64,000 nt of DNA from a virus (IMGVR_UViG_3300035492_000309:1-64000); one strand, 5' to 3'. Counted from the stretch's first letter, positions 9,541 through 18,362 are shown. A program made the numbers and translations. The notes: generated by a model not told the origin, from the letters alone.

Positions 9541-10311
9541 ATGCACACGAGTTCTGTTTCGTATCATCGCATCGTTTTCACCAATATCAATGACTACCCT
9601 TCTCTACAGGAGCTGGCGGTCGTCCTCGATCTGCAAGGCACGGATCATCCGGACATTTTCGACCTCGTGCAGGATGAAGGTTATAGTCTTTCGGTCAGAG
9701 ATGCCATCGAGGCATGTGGCGAGGCCTATGGGCTATACGACAGTGAAGACCAGGGTTTCGATGTTCTCTTGGCCGCGCTGCGCGATAAAGCCAAGGAACT
9801 GGCGTATGTCCCGCATACCCGCGTTTTCGAAGACAGCTACCATAACCCAGCTATCGAAACCGATATCAACCCCGATGAACTCTACGACCTCTTGGTAGTC
9901 ATGGCGGGTCCTTACTTTACCGTGGACAACATCACTACCCAATGGTCGGTGTTCAGCAACAAGAACGTCGCTGGGGGTCACTCAGGCGGTAGCCGGATCA
10001 CCACGCGCAACTTCAGCATCCCGGTCGTAATGGGGTGTGATGAGATGGAGACTATCGTCAACAGTCTGCGCAAACACACCCCTGAGGAAGTGGGAGATTA
10101 CTACGTCAACAAGTTCATCAGCCCACTGATCGATGAACATGCGATCAAGCACGATGCGTTCCGTAAGAGTGTTGCCCGTGCCTTGCTTCGGACGGTTTCC
10201 ATGGAACTCGATCCGAGCGAAGTGCATGATATTGTCTCGACGCCTGTATCGGACATGATCGATTTAGGCGACGGACCAGCAACTGAGTTTACTGATTTGC
10301 GCGGTAAATAA
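9541..10311 (+). CDS. hypothetical protein (256 aa)
   Basis: Clean ORF between hairpins 9471-9490 and 10339-10357. Confidence 0.75.
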   Translation: MHTSSVSYHRIVFTNINDYPSLQELAVVLDLQGTDHPDIFDLVQDEGYSLSVRDAIEACGEAYGLYDSEDQGFDVLLAALRDKAKELAYVPHTRVFEDSYHNPAIETDINPDELYDLLVVMAGPYFTVDNITTQWSVFSNKNVAGGHSGGSRITTRNFSIPVVMGCDEMETIVNSLRKHTPEEVGDYYVNKFISPLIDEHAIKHDAFRKSVARALLRTVSMELDPSEVHDIVSTPVSDMIDLGDGPATEFTDLRGK

Positions 10312-10338
10312 ACCACCGATTAATCTTCCAACATAACC

Positions 10339-10357
10339 GGAGGGGTTCGGCCCCTCC
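10339..10357 (+). terminator. hairpin
   Basis: GGAGGGG-TTCGG-CCCCTCC followed by CTTGTTT. Confidence 0.5.
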
Positions 10358-10390
10358 CTTGTTTCACGCATAGACAACAGGCCATTCATC

Positions 10391-11050
10391 ATGACAGATC
10401 GCAGCAGCTACACCGATTCCTTCGCCCAAGAGTCGACCATCCTCAAAGTCTTCAAGGATGCCAACCTCAAGAACCCCAAGAAGGTCCGCGCCATGGCCAC
10501 GCGCCTTCTTAAAGAGACGACACTGCCCATACAGCGTCAGCTGCTCATGGACCTCATTGCAGCAGGCAATCCGCTCAAGTACCTACATTACTGCATCGAT
10601 CACGTTGAGCAGTGCGCGGTGATCATCAAGCAGTTCATCGACGACGGCTGTCACGGCATGATCATGACCGGTCACAAGTGTCGAACCATCTATCCGGTGA
10701 AACTTGATACCCGTGAGAACTGGTTGAAAGCTGACGATCTCTGGAATGAAGAAGATGAGCTTCTGATTCAACACAACGCTGCTGAAATGTGGATGAAAGA
10801 ATACGATAAAGGTTACTTTCTCGGTAAAGTCGTGCTCTTCCCCCATTTCGGTTTCTCAGGTGTCCCGCGAGTCATTGAGATGCAATGTAGTAAGGACACC
10901 GCCGGGATGAAGCGTTATCCTGGCACCAATTATTTCGTTAAAGGCGACGATATACCGCTGGAGGAGCATGCAAATGTGCGTGCTATCAAAGGCCATATCG
11001 AGCAAATTAATCGCCTAAGAAGCATTCAATCGAGGAACGGCAAGGTATGA
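10391..11050 (+). CDS. hypothetical protein (219 aa)
   Basis: ATG start; ATGA overlap with next gene. Confidence 0.75.
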   Translation: MTDRSSYTDSFAQESTILKVFKDANLKNPKKVRAMATRLLKETTLPIQRQLLMDLIAAGNPLKYLHYCIDHVEQCAVIIKQFIDDGCHGMIMTGHKCRTIYPVKLDTRENWLKADDLWNEEDELLIQHNAAEMWMKEYDKGYFLGKVVLFPHFGFSGVPRVIEMQCSKDTAGMKRYPGTNYFVKGDDIPLEEHANVRAIKGHIEQINRLRSIQSRNGKV

Positions 11051-11667
11051 AAAAGCTCTATGTACTAAACGTTAAGAAGATGGCTGATCTTCTGGACAGC
11101 GTAGCGTTTACTGAAAACACGTCTGGTCGCTATGCACTGGACAACCTACTCATGGACGAACTCAAGGACAATGGTCAAGAGCTTGACTGTTTTACTGTCA
11201 GTGATGAACAACCCCCTCTGTATCGCCCTGTGGCGATCCATGTGGTGCCGTATACGGTTATCGAAGGGGTACGTCACTACTTCGTCTTTGAAGCCAACCA
11301 GGGCGCTCCTACGGTCTATGTGAGCTATGTGATCACCCCCGATGACTTCATCGCTAACGATGGCGAGCAGATGATGTCTTTGGCCAAGACCATCATCGGC
11401 AAAATCATCAGTGTTTTCAACCAGCCCCATATCGGCATTGAACTCGATACCAAGAACTTCCAATTCCCCGCTGTGCTTCAGGGTGAGTTTGTCTGGGCAG
11501 TCGAGGTCAAGGGTGAGAACAACTTTGTCGTCGACGAGTTGGTCAAGCAACTCGGGACCACATACGGTCGAGTGACTCAAGCCACGGCGAGCGAGGAGGC
11601 TAAGGAATTCAATAGCCTTTCCAAAGCCATCATCGAATACAAGAAGGAGCCTGTCGATGGCGTTTAA
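11047..11667 (+). CDS. hypothetical protein (206 aa)
   Basis: Coupled start ATGA at 11047. Confidence 0.75.
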   Translation: MKKLYVLNVKKMADLLDSVAFTENTSGRYALDNLLMDELKDNGQELDCFTVSDEQPPLYRPVAIHVVPYTVIEGVRHYFVFEANQGAPTVYVSYVITPDDFIANDGEQMMSLAKTIIGKIISVFNQPHIGIELDTKNFQFPAVLQGEFVWAVEVKGENNFVVDELVKQLGTTYGRVTQATASEEAKEFNSLSKAIIEYKKEPVDGV

Positions 11668-12400
11668 GACTCTGATGGGTATCGAACGCCTGTTGAGTGA
11701 ATTGGGCATCGATCTGCATTTGGAACTGGAACAGATTGCAGGTGAACGCCTGTCACTGTCTCAGAGTGTCTCCTGTCAGCGCGCGGTGCGTTTATTGACC
11801 GCTGCCGGAATCCCTTTTCCGGATGTACTGCAGGATGAGACCACACGAGCGCCACATTTCTGTGGACATCTGAATGTCCACGCTGGTGCTAACAAACAGG
11901 ACACTCAAATCGAATGGATCGCTTCGTTTAAGGATGAGGTTACCTCACGCTTTGAAGTGCTCAAGTTCAAACTCGATCCCTCATTCAAGGATGACGTGAT
12001 ACTTTGGCTGTACGAGGAACCGGTCCTGGAAGGTGACTGGCTCATCTTCAATGATATCGACGCAGCACAGTTCGTCTATGGGCGTGATCTGCTTAAGGCC
12101 GCCCACGGACAGCTTGTCAAGATGCTCTTTGGACTGGATTCGGCTTGGACCGATGTCGAAATGCTGGCAGAAGTCACGCCAGTTGTTGATCGAGCCTTCT
12201 CGGTGAGCATAAACGACATGACTACCCATCGCTTGGCAACCAACCGTCGACCCTTTCTCTTTGAATGGGAACCTACTCGAAGTGTGGATTACCTTGCCTT
12301 GGCTGCTCAGGTGTTTCTGCGCGATCAGCCTGACCACATCACCAAGGTCAACCTGACCTTCGATGACGAAACCGGTCTGATTGCCATGGACGGGGAATAA
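11657..12400 (+). CDS. hypothetical protein (247 aa)
   Basis: 11-nt overlap with upstream gene; clean ORF. Confidence 0.75.
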   Translation: MAFKTLMGIERLLSELGIDLHLELEQIAGERLSLSQSVSCQRAVRLLTAAGIPFPDVLQDETTRAPHFCGHLNVHAGANKQDTQIEWIASFKDEVTSRFEVLKFKLDPSFKDDVILWLYEEPVLEGDWLIFNDIDAAQFVYGRDLLKAAHGQLVKMLFGLDSAWTDVEMLAEVTPVVDRAFSVSINDMTTHRLATNRRPFLFEWEPTRSVDYLALAAQVFLRDQPDHITKVNLTFDDETGLIAMDGE

Positions 12401-12459
12401 AAGACAGGCTGCCGTGATCCTATGGTATACACCGGCCATGACAAGAAGAGGTTTTGGTT

Positions 12460-12927
12460 ATGGATCACAGCAGTCAAGTCCTTTGGGCTAAATATTTGAT
12501 CAAGGCTGCCATTGACTATTTTAATGACCGTACGGTGGGTGCGTGTCTTTTGATCGACAATGCAGTCCTCGGCGATACGGTTCTCGCAACATTCCAAGGC
12601 GGTACATACGGTGACTTTGTTGTATGCGTGTCGCCTGGCTTCACCACTTACTTGGATTTCCGTGATCTGGAAATGACCATCGCTATCCAGGTCGAAGGGG
12701 CTGACCATGTCATGTCTGTCCCCTATCATGCGATTCGCGCAGTGGTGGCCAATACAGGTACGGTTGATGTCAGAACCATGACAGAGAGAGGCCAGATCAA
12801 TGTGATTGCGATACCGCCTGTGGTCTATCCGCCGGGGTCGCAGTTTCGTCAGTCTCCTGACCAGGTAGAATCGTCAGACGCCCATACACAGCTCGTAAGT
12901 GAACCGCTTATCGCATCCCGGTCGTGA
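12460..12927 (+). CDS. hypothetical protein
   Basis: ORF opens at TTG 12454; ATG 12460 follows AGAAGAGG. Confidence 0.65.
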   Translation: MDHSSQVLWAKYLIKAAIDYFNDRTVGACLLIDNAVLGDTVLATFQGGTYGDFVVCVSPGFTTYLDFRDLEMTIAIQVEGADHVMSVPYHAIRAVVANTGTVDVRTMTERGQINVIAIPPVVYPPGSQFRQSPDQVESSDAHTQLVSEPLIASRS

Positions 12928-12934
12928 GGACCCT

Positions 12935-13249
12935 ATGATTGAAAAGATTTGGTACGAAACCTTCCAAGAGCTGGACAGCTTCACCCAAGAACTAGAGAAG
13001 GTCAAGTCCTACGCCGCACTGGAGCAGGTCAAGCCAATCTGGCGCATCCTGAAATCCGTACAGTTAAAGTATGTGCCGATGTTAAAACCCGAGGTTCAGA
13101 AACGCCTCGAACAGATCATGCAACGGTTGTCGATACGGGAGGTCGCCCCTTCTGCATTCACTACCGAAGAAGCCGTCTCATTGCTGACGCGCTTTGGCAT
13201 GTCCTGCAGCATCGACCCAGACCACTTTGAGACAGCCGACGCTGTCTGA
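12935..13249 (+). CDS. hypothetical protein
   Basis: ATG 12935 after GAGGA; in frame with ORF 12899. Confidence 0.65.
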   Translation: MIEKIWYETFQELDSFTQELEKVKSYAALEQVKPIWRILKSVQLKYVPMLKPEVQKRLEQIMQRLSIREVAPSAFTTEEAVSLLTRFGMSCSIDPDHFETADAV

Positions 13250-13278
13250 ACATTACCGTCAACACTAAGGGGAAACAA

Positions 13279-13953
13279 ATGCAAGAACAAGCCAACCCAC
13301 TCACCCTGCTGAGCCACGCTATCGTCTTCGTCGACTCTTATGAGCATGCCGTGGCAGTTGTCAATCGTCAAGCACAGGTGAAGGAGTTCTTCATTCTGGG
13401 GGATAACAACAAGCGACCCAGCGCGGCTATCAATGCCATCTTCAAGCAGCGTAATGCACGCGTGTTCCGTATTCGCCCTTCGGGTGCATGGAACGCGTTG
13501 TTCCGCGCCATGGGTGAGGTTGAACAAGCACGTGAACGCAATCATGCATACGGTCAAGCCGGTGACCTCATGTTTATCTCGATGCTGCCCGCCGCTGAGA
13601 TTGCCTCGGCCCTGAAACGTCATCGGGCCGTCAATCACCTGAGCTGCCGTGAGATGTACTTCCTCGACACTCTGGACCTGGGTGAAGCCGACGACGACGG
13701 CATCGCTCTGGCACTCAAGTGCATGCCGAATATCCCAGCCCCGATCCATTACAACAATCTGACGATTCAGCAGCGCTTTGACCTGACCTCCTTCGAGTTC
13801 CCGCGTTTCACACGCCCGATCCATTGTGTGGATTCGGTGGCGAACATGCAGGACTGTGTGCCATTTTACACTACCAAGACGTTCGACAAGACGTTCCAAA
13901 GTGTTGGCATGACGGCCTCTGGTGCCAATGGTCGACTGGAGAACGCGGTATGA
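13279..13953 (+). CDS. hypothetical protein (224 aa)
   Basis: ATG start; the long antisense ORF 13096-13899 is judged a shadow. Confidence 0.65.
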   Translation: MQEQANPLTLLSHAIVFVDSYEHAVAVVNRQAQVKEFFILGDNNKRPSAAINAIFKQRNARVFRIRPSGAWNALFRAMGEVEQARERNHAYGQAGDLMFISMLPAAEIASALKRHRAVNHLSCREMYFLDTLDLGEADDDGIALALKCMPNIPAPIHYNNLTIQQRFDLTSFEFPRFTRPIHCVDSVANMQDCVPFYTTKTFDKTFQSVGMTASGANGRLENAV

Positions 13954-14117
13954 AACTCCTCATCAAAGCGCATCTAGCCATGATGTTCATGGTGTTCTGG
14001 ATCGGAGGGATGGTATTGGCCAAAGGTTTCTGGTCGACACTATTCACCCTTGTCTTCTTTCCCTGGGCGTTCTATCTGATGATCGAACGTATCTTCCAGG
14101 TGATTGGCTTCATCTGA
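13950..14117 (+). CDS. small membrane protein (55 aa)
   Basis: ATGA overlap with upstream stop. MKLLIKAHLAMMFMVFWIGGMVLAKGFWSTLFTLVFFPWAFYLMI gives two hydrophobic helices. Confidence 0.6.
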   Translation: MKLLIKAHLAMMFMVFWIGGMVLAKGFWSTLFTLVFFPWAFYLMIERIFQVIGFI

Positions 14118-14149
14118 CATATGGGGAGGGCTTCGGTCCTCCCCTTATG
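14118..14149 (+). terminator. hairpin plus TATGCCG
   Basis: CATAT GGGGAGGGC-TTCG-GTCCTCCCC TTATG; TATGCCG at 14146-14152. Confidence 0.5.
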
Positions 14150-14175
14150 CCGAGTCGCCATGTGTTTTTGAACGT

Positions 14176-14207
14176 ATCTGACCTATCAGATAGCTGATGG
14201 GTCAGAT
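14176..14207. promoter_or_regulatory. 32-bp near-perfect palindrome (candidate operator or RNA hairpin)
   Basis: ATCTGACCTATCAG-ATAG-CTGATGGGTCAGAT (14 bp including one G-U pair). Lies in the spacer upstream of ATG 14252. Its sequence is unrelated to the GC-rich hairpin family. Confidence 0.35.
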
Positions 14208-14251
14208 GGAACATGAAGGCCAGTGGCCACCTATTAAAGGGAGTTACTTCC

Positions 14252-14524
14252 ATGTGCATTAAGGCTGTGTCTATTTTAGGCATCACCAGTGCACTCGTTG
14301 CCTTTGCGTTGATCATCTATTGGATGGTCGATGGCAACCGTACTGATGAGGAACGCCACGCCTTGATTCAATTTGCCTCCTGCGTGCATCTTCTAATCGA
14401 AGAAACACCCGCAGATGAAAGCACTAACCGGACCCCTGCTGAACACATCGAGCAGTGCCGCGTCACGGCCGGGATTGCTTTTGAGCAAGTAACGCCAATC
14501 CGACATAAACTTTATTTTCGCTGA
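14252..14524 (+). CDS. small membrane protein
   Basis: ATG 14252 after AGGGAG; N-terminal helix AVSILGITSALVAFALIIYWMV. Confidence 0.55.
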   Translation: MCIKAVSILGITSALVAFALIIYWMVDGNRTDEERHALIQFASCVHLLIEETPADESTNRTPAEHIEQCRVTAGIAFEQVTPIRHKLYFR

Positions 14525-14526
14525 AC

Positions 14527-15237
14527 ATGGCTAAGAAAAAGGATCTCACCGGCTTTCATTTCGGTAAATGGACCGTTATAGAGAAAGTCGGAGAAATCCC
14601 TAGGAAAGATTACGCTGAGTCTATTTGGCTTTGTCGATGCGAATGCGGAGTTGAGAAACCCGTTAGGGCTAGACTCCTCTTGCATAAGACCAGCAATAGT
14701 CGCTCCTGTGGATGTGCCAGAGCAGAGACACAACGGATCAACCCTTCCAGACTCAAACACGGATTAAGCAAGAAGCACCCGCTGTATAAAGTTTGGAAAA
14801 CCATGCGGCAGCGCTGCAGCAATCCGAATCACAAGAAATATCACCGCTATGGAGCTAGAGGCATTCGAGTTTGCGAACGATGGGGCGATTTTGAAAACTT
14901 TGTGGAAGACATGGGTCCTTCATACGTTCCAGGATTGACTATCGATCGACGCGATAATGACTTAGGCTATTCCCCTGACAATTGTCGCTGGGTGAGTCAT
15001 CTCATTCAAGCCAATAACACTTCCAAGCAGCAGCGTCATTTAGTCATACTGCCATCACACGGATTTACTGAAGAAGATTGGGCTGCCGGAAAAGAAAACC
15101 CTGTAACATGGGCTATTGTAGAAAAACTACTCGCCAACACAGCTGACGTCCCTGACGACGTTAAGTTGTACAGGTGGGTCGACGAAGACAACGTGGTTTT
15201 GGAATTTACTTGGAGGGAGCATGAAAGAGTATCTTGA
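14527..15237 (+). CDS. free-standing HNH/AP2-type homing-endonuclease-like protein (paralog of 7973-8656)
   Basis: Same motif order as 7973-8656: GFHFGKWTV...W.CRCECG...SCGC; [37 protein letters not shown]...[21 protein letters not shown]. Overlaps the thyA start by 17 nt. Confidence 0.5.
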   Translation: MAKKKDLTGFHFGKWTVIEKVGEIPRKDYAESIWLCRCECGVEKPVRARLLLHKTSNSRSCGCARAETQRINPSRLKHGLSKKHPLYKVWKTMRQRCSNPNHKKYHRYGARGIRVCERWGDFENFVEDMGPSYVPGLTIDRRDNDLGYSPDNCRWVSHLIQANNTSKQQRHLVILPSHGFTEEDWAAGKENPVTWAIVEKLLANTADVPDDVKLYRWVDEDNVVLEFTWREHERVS

Positions 15238-16336
15238 TCTATTGAGGCATGTCCGGTCCAATGGCGTTTTCAAAGAAGACAGGACTGGAACAGGAACGTA
15301 CAGTGTTTTTGGCTATCAGATGAGATTCGATCTGAGCGGTGGGCAGTTCCCGCTGGTCACGACCAAGAAATGCCACCTGAAGTCGATCATCCATGAACTG
15401 CTGTGGTTCCTTCAGGGTGAGACCAACATCCGTTACCTGAAAGAGCACGGTGTCTCGATCTGGGATGAGTGGGTCAAGCCGGGTACTGAAGAATATCGAC
15501 CAGCTACGCTTCTTGAGGTTAATGCCCGTATCAAAGCGGCAGGACTGCAAGAAGAATTCATCGAGTGGGTCAAGCCGTATTGGCTTTCCGAGTATAAGGA
15601 AGGCTATGAAATGATCCAAGGCAAAACCATGCATGTCAAGGATGGTCCGGACATCCCAGGTACTATTTACTGGGCACATCCTGATTATGACGCCATGGCA
15701 TTTGCGTGGGCTGAAGAACGTGGTGTCTCTACCAAAACGCTCATCGCCGGTGAACTCGGTCCAGTCTATGGTTCGCAATGGCGCAGCTGGCCTGATGTTC
15801 GGGAGAGCTCTAAGGGGGTTAACCTCACCATCGCTGAGCGCTGCGAAGAAGCCAACCAATACGGCGATTACTACCTGCGCCTGGGCAAGGCCTATTCACA
15901 TCCATCGGGTGAAGAGCGCCGTAAAGCGCTGGAAGCACTTTCCAGTGAACTCGACGCCATGGGCATCCCTAAGGAACGTCGCATCCCGTCAGTGAATGCA
16001 AGCACTATCGATCAGATCAGTAATCTGATCGAGATGCTGAAGAAGAACCCAGACAGCCGTCGTCTGATCGTCTCGGCCTGGAACCCTGCCCTGGTGGATC
16101 AGATGGCATTGCCACCCTGCCATGCCCTGTTCCAGTTCTACTCCACTGAACTGACTCGAATGGAGCGTGAGCGGATCATTCAGCCGGGTTGGGATGGCTG
16201 CTACACGGAATACTCGACATGGTTGTGCGATCTGGATGCCGATATCCAAGGCGATGAGCTGGGTAAACTGATCGACGCTAAGCTCGATGAGCTGGGTGTT
16301 CCTAAGCGTCGTTTGTCGTGCCAGCTGTACCAGCGT
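15221..16336 (+). CDS. thyA: thymidylate synthase, exon 1 (aa 1-372)
   Basis: [58 protein letters not shown]. Homology stops at QR and the frame then runs into a stop at 16361-16363. Confidence 0.9.
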
Positions 16337-17434
16337 AAACACCACTGCGCCCTTGCAGCGTAAGCTGCATTGAATAACCTCTCTAAAACGGGAAACTCTC
16401 CTAGGAGACAATCCGTTGCTAAAACCGTAGTTCGTTTCCTTTACCAGAGGAGATGAACATGTATTTCGTTTACGTAATCACTGATTTGAATACTGGAAGT
16501 TACTACGTCGGCAGTACTGGAGAATTGGATAAACGTCTTGATCGTCACGAGCGTGAACTCAGGACAGGTAATCACCACAATCTGATTCTTCAGCAACTGT
16601 ACGCCGCCGGCCATGAAATGCGGGTTTCAACCCAGGAGTTCCCAACTCGGGAAGAAGCCTACGCATGCGAGGACCACCTCATTCGTCAAAGTACGTTGAA
16701 CCGCCGCTGTGTAAATATAGGTTCTACCGCCATCGGCGGCGATAACCTAACACGGCATCCACTCCGCGAAGAGATTATCAAGCGGATAGGTGATGCGTCA
16801 CGATCGAGAATGAGTAGCTTAGGGGAAGAAGAACGCTGTCGCATGTACGGGAAGTCGGGCGATACCAATCCAATGTTTGGTAGAGTACATTCACCAGAAG
16901 CTAGGCAGCGCATCTCCGAGGCTAATCGTGGTAATAAACGAGGTTTGGGCAGGAAGTTATCTGAAGAACATCGTCAGAAAATCTCTTTAATGGCTTCCAA
17001 GCGTATCGGGGATGCAAATCCCTTCTACGGCAAGTCCCACTCCTTAGAAACTCGCCTAAAGTTGTCAGAAGCCCGTAAAGGGAATGTCCCACCGAACACA
17101 CTCAGTGTGATCATCGATGGAGTCATTTACCCTTCGCTGGCCGAGGCAGGCCGGCAATTGGGCATTCCAGTCCCAACGATCCATTATCGGATCAAGAGCA
17201 AGAACCCTAAATACAGTGGATACGAACTACGGTAAAGCCCAACGACTAACGAAAGGCGCCTCATTGATGAGTCAGGCGAACCGAGTAGTGTAGGGTCCAA
17301 GTGGACTCGAAATGGGAGGACTCCACACGGAAGTGGAGTGTGATATAGTCTAAACTGCATGGTGACATGCAGCGGTCGAGAACTAGCCAATCTCGACGGG
17401 TCAGGTCTAACGAACCTGATTGAAGGTCTGCGTG
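16337..17434 (+). mobile_element. group I intron (td-like, IA2-type) carrying a GIY-YIG homing endonuclease ORF
   Basis: 5' splice site after U (CAGCGU|), last intron base G. 16383-16424 and 17342-17373 resemble conserved core segments of the T4 td intron as I remember it (AAUCCGUUGCUAAAA; GAUAUAGUCU; GCAUGGUGACAUGCAGC). Joining the exons restores ..QLYQR|[18 protein letters not shown].. Confidence 0.85.
16453..17235 (+). CDS. intron-encoded GIY-YIG homing endonuclease (I-TevI-like)
   Basis: FVYVITD..GSYYVGSTGELDKRLDRH (GIY-YIG). Two NUMOD3-like repeats (NPMFGRVHSPEARQRISEANRGN; NPFYGKSHSLETRLKLSEARKGN). C-terminal HTH (SLAEAGRQLGIPVPTIHYRIKS). AGAGGAG RBS. Confidence 0.9.
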   Translation: MNMYFVYVITDLNTGSYYVGSTGELDKRLDRHERELRTGNHHNLILQQLYAAGHEMRVSTQEFPTREEAYACEDHLIRQSTLNRRCVNIGSTAIGGDNLTRHPLREEIIKRIGDASRSRMSSLGEEERCRMYGKSGDTNPMFGRVHSPEARQRISEANRGNKRGLGRKLSEEHRQKISLMASKRIGDANPFYGKSHSLETRLKLSEARKGNVPPNTLSVIIDGVIYPSLAEAGRQLGIPVPTIHYRIKSKNPKYSGYELR

Positions 17435-17731
17435 AGCGCGGACATTGGCTTGGGTGTTCCATTCAACATCGCTTCCTACGCGTTGCTGACAATGATGGTG
17501 GCACAAGTCACTAACATGGTGCCAGGTGAGTTCATCTGGACGGGTGGTGATTGCCATATCTACAAGAACCACCTGGAAGGTATCGACCTGCAACTGACGC
17601 GTGAACCGCATCCGCTACCGAAGATGAAGATCAACCCGGAAGTGAAGGATATCTTCTCCTTTACCTACGGGGATTTCGATCTTGTCGGATATACATCCGA
17701 TCCTCACATTTCCCTACCGGTTGCAGTCTGA
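17435..17731 (+). CDS. thyA: thymidylate synthase, exon 2 (99 aa)
   Basis: [18 protein letters not shown]...[11 protein letters not shown]...QL.REP.PLP matches the ThyA C-terminal half. Asn in PFN indicates dUMP specificity. Confidence 0.9.
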   Translation, partial: SADIGLGVPFNIASYALLTMMVAQVTNMVPGEFIWTGGDCHIYKNHLEGIDLQLTREPHPLPKMKINPEVKDIFSFTYGDFDLVGYTSDPHISLPVAV

Positions 17732-17738
17732 CGACATA

Positions 17739-17760
17739 GAGGGTGGGTAATCCCACCCTC
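17739..17760 (+). terminator. hairpin after thyA exon 2
   Basis: GAGGGTGGG-TAAT-CCCACCCTC followed by TTCATTG. Confidence 0.55.
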
Positions 17761-17779
17761 TTCATTGTAAGGAGTCACT

Positions 17780-18067
17780 ATGGGCAACGAGACGCTTTCT
17801 GAGCAGTGGGGTAATCTGAACGCAACCACTGTCAGCACCCGTATTCGTCAGTCGCGTAATCTTCGACGCATGTCGCTAGCCGAGTTCGATAAACGCATTG
17901 AAGAGACCATCGACGCTGAAAATGATAAATGCGAGCGAGAGCAATCCCGTCCGACTCGTAGCTATTGGAAAGCAGCGGCCGTTGTCCTGGGTGTTACAAC
18001 CAGCTGGATTGTGCTGGGAATCCCGCGCACCGAGGACGACATACAAGCGTCTAGGATGCCACTGTAG
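17780..18067 (+). CDS. possible XRE-like HTH protein
   Basis: AAGGAG RBS. TRIRQSRNLRRMSLAEFDKRI ... AAAVVLGVTTSWIVLG resembles a split XRE helix-turn-helix. Confidence 0.35.
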   Translation: MGNETLSEQWGNLNATTVSTRIRQSRNLRRMSLAEFDKRIEETIDAENDKCEREQSRPTRSYWKAAAVVLGVTTSWIVLGIPRTEDDIQASRMPL

Positions 18068-18122
18068 ATGAAGATGTCCCGATGGTCTATACCCCATTGG
18101 CAACAAGCAAGGTAGGAGTCAC

Positions 18123-18362
18123 ATGGATTTTAAAACAGCGGCGCGAAAATGTCGTATAGGGCAATATTTCAAACCGATTCATGGTGGCTGGTCTGAGAAT
18201 TCTGTCCAGTACGGGCGAGATTCAGACGGCAAGCTATTTTGGACTGCCGGTTGTACAGCGGGAGGTCCATTGGATTTAAATCAGAATCATCCGCGCCACG
18301 TGCTGGCTGCCGATTATGCTATTTACGATTCTTTTCATGCACGCAATCCGTCAGCCATTTAA
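18123..18362 (+). CDS. small protein, possible DUF2829 (Tad2-like) fold
   Basis: MDFKTAARKCRIGQYF...GGW...VLAADYAIYD resembles the DUF2829 start (M.F..A....G) and end (LLA.DW.I). Weak. Confidence 0.3.
   Translation: MDFKTAARKCRIGQYFKPIHGGWSENSVQYGRDSDGKLFWTAGCTAGGPLDLNQNHPRHVLAADYAIYDSFHARNPSAI

Noticed and set aside
13096-13899. 267-aa minus-strand ORF opposite 13279-13953
   Set aside because: It would break the otherwise uninterrupted, translationally coupled plus-strand gene chain (ATGA overlap at 13950). There is no RBS. Confidence in the plus-strand call is only moderate.
16337-17434. Reading thyA as a truncated pseudogene (stop at 16361) plus an unrelated 103-aa ORF at 17420
   Set aside because: The two pieces join in frame into a complete ThyA at a U|...G| boundary, and the intervening sequence has group I core elements and a homing endonuclease.
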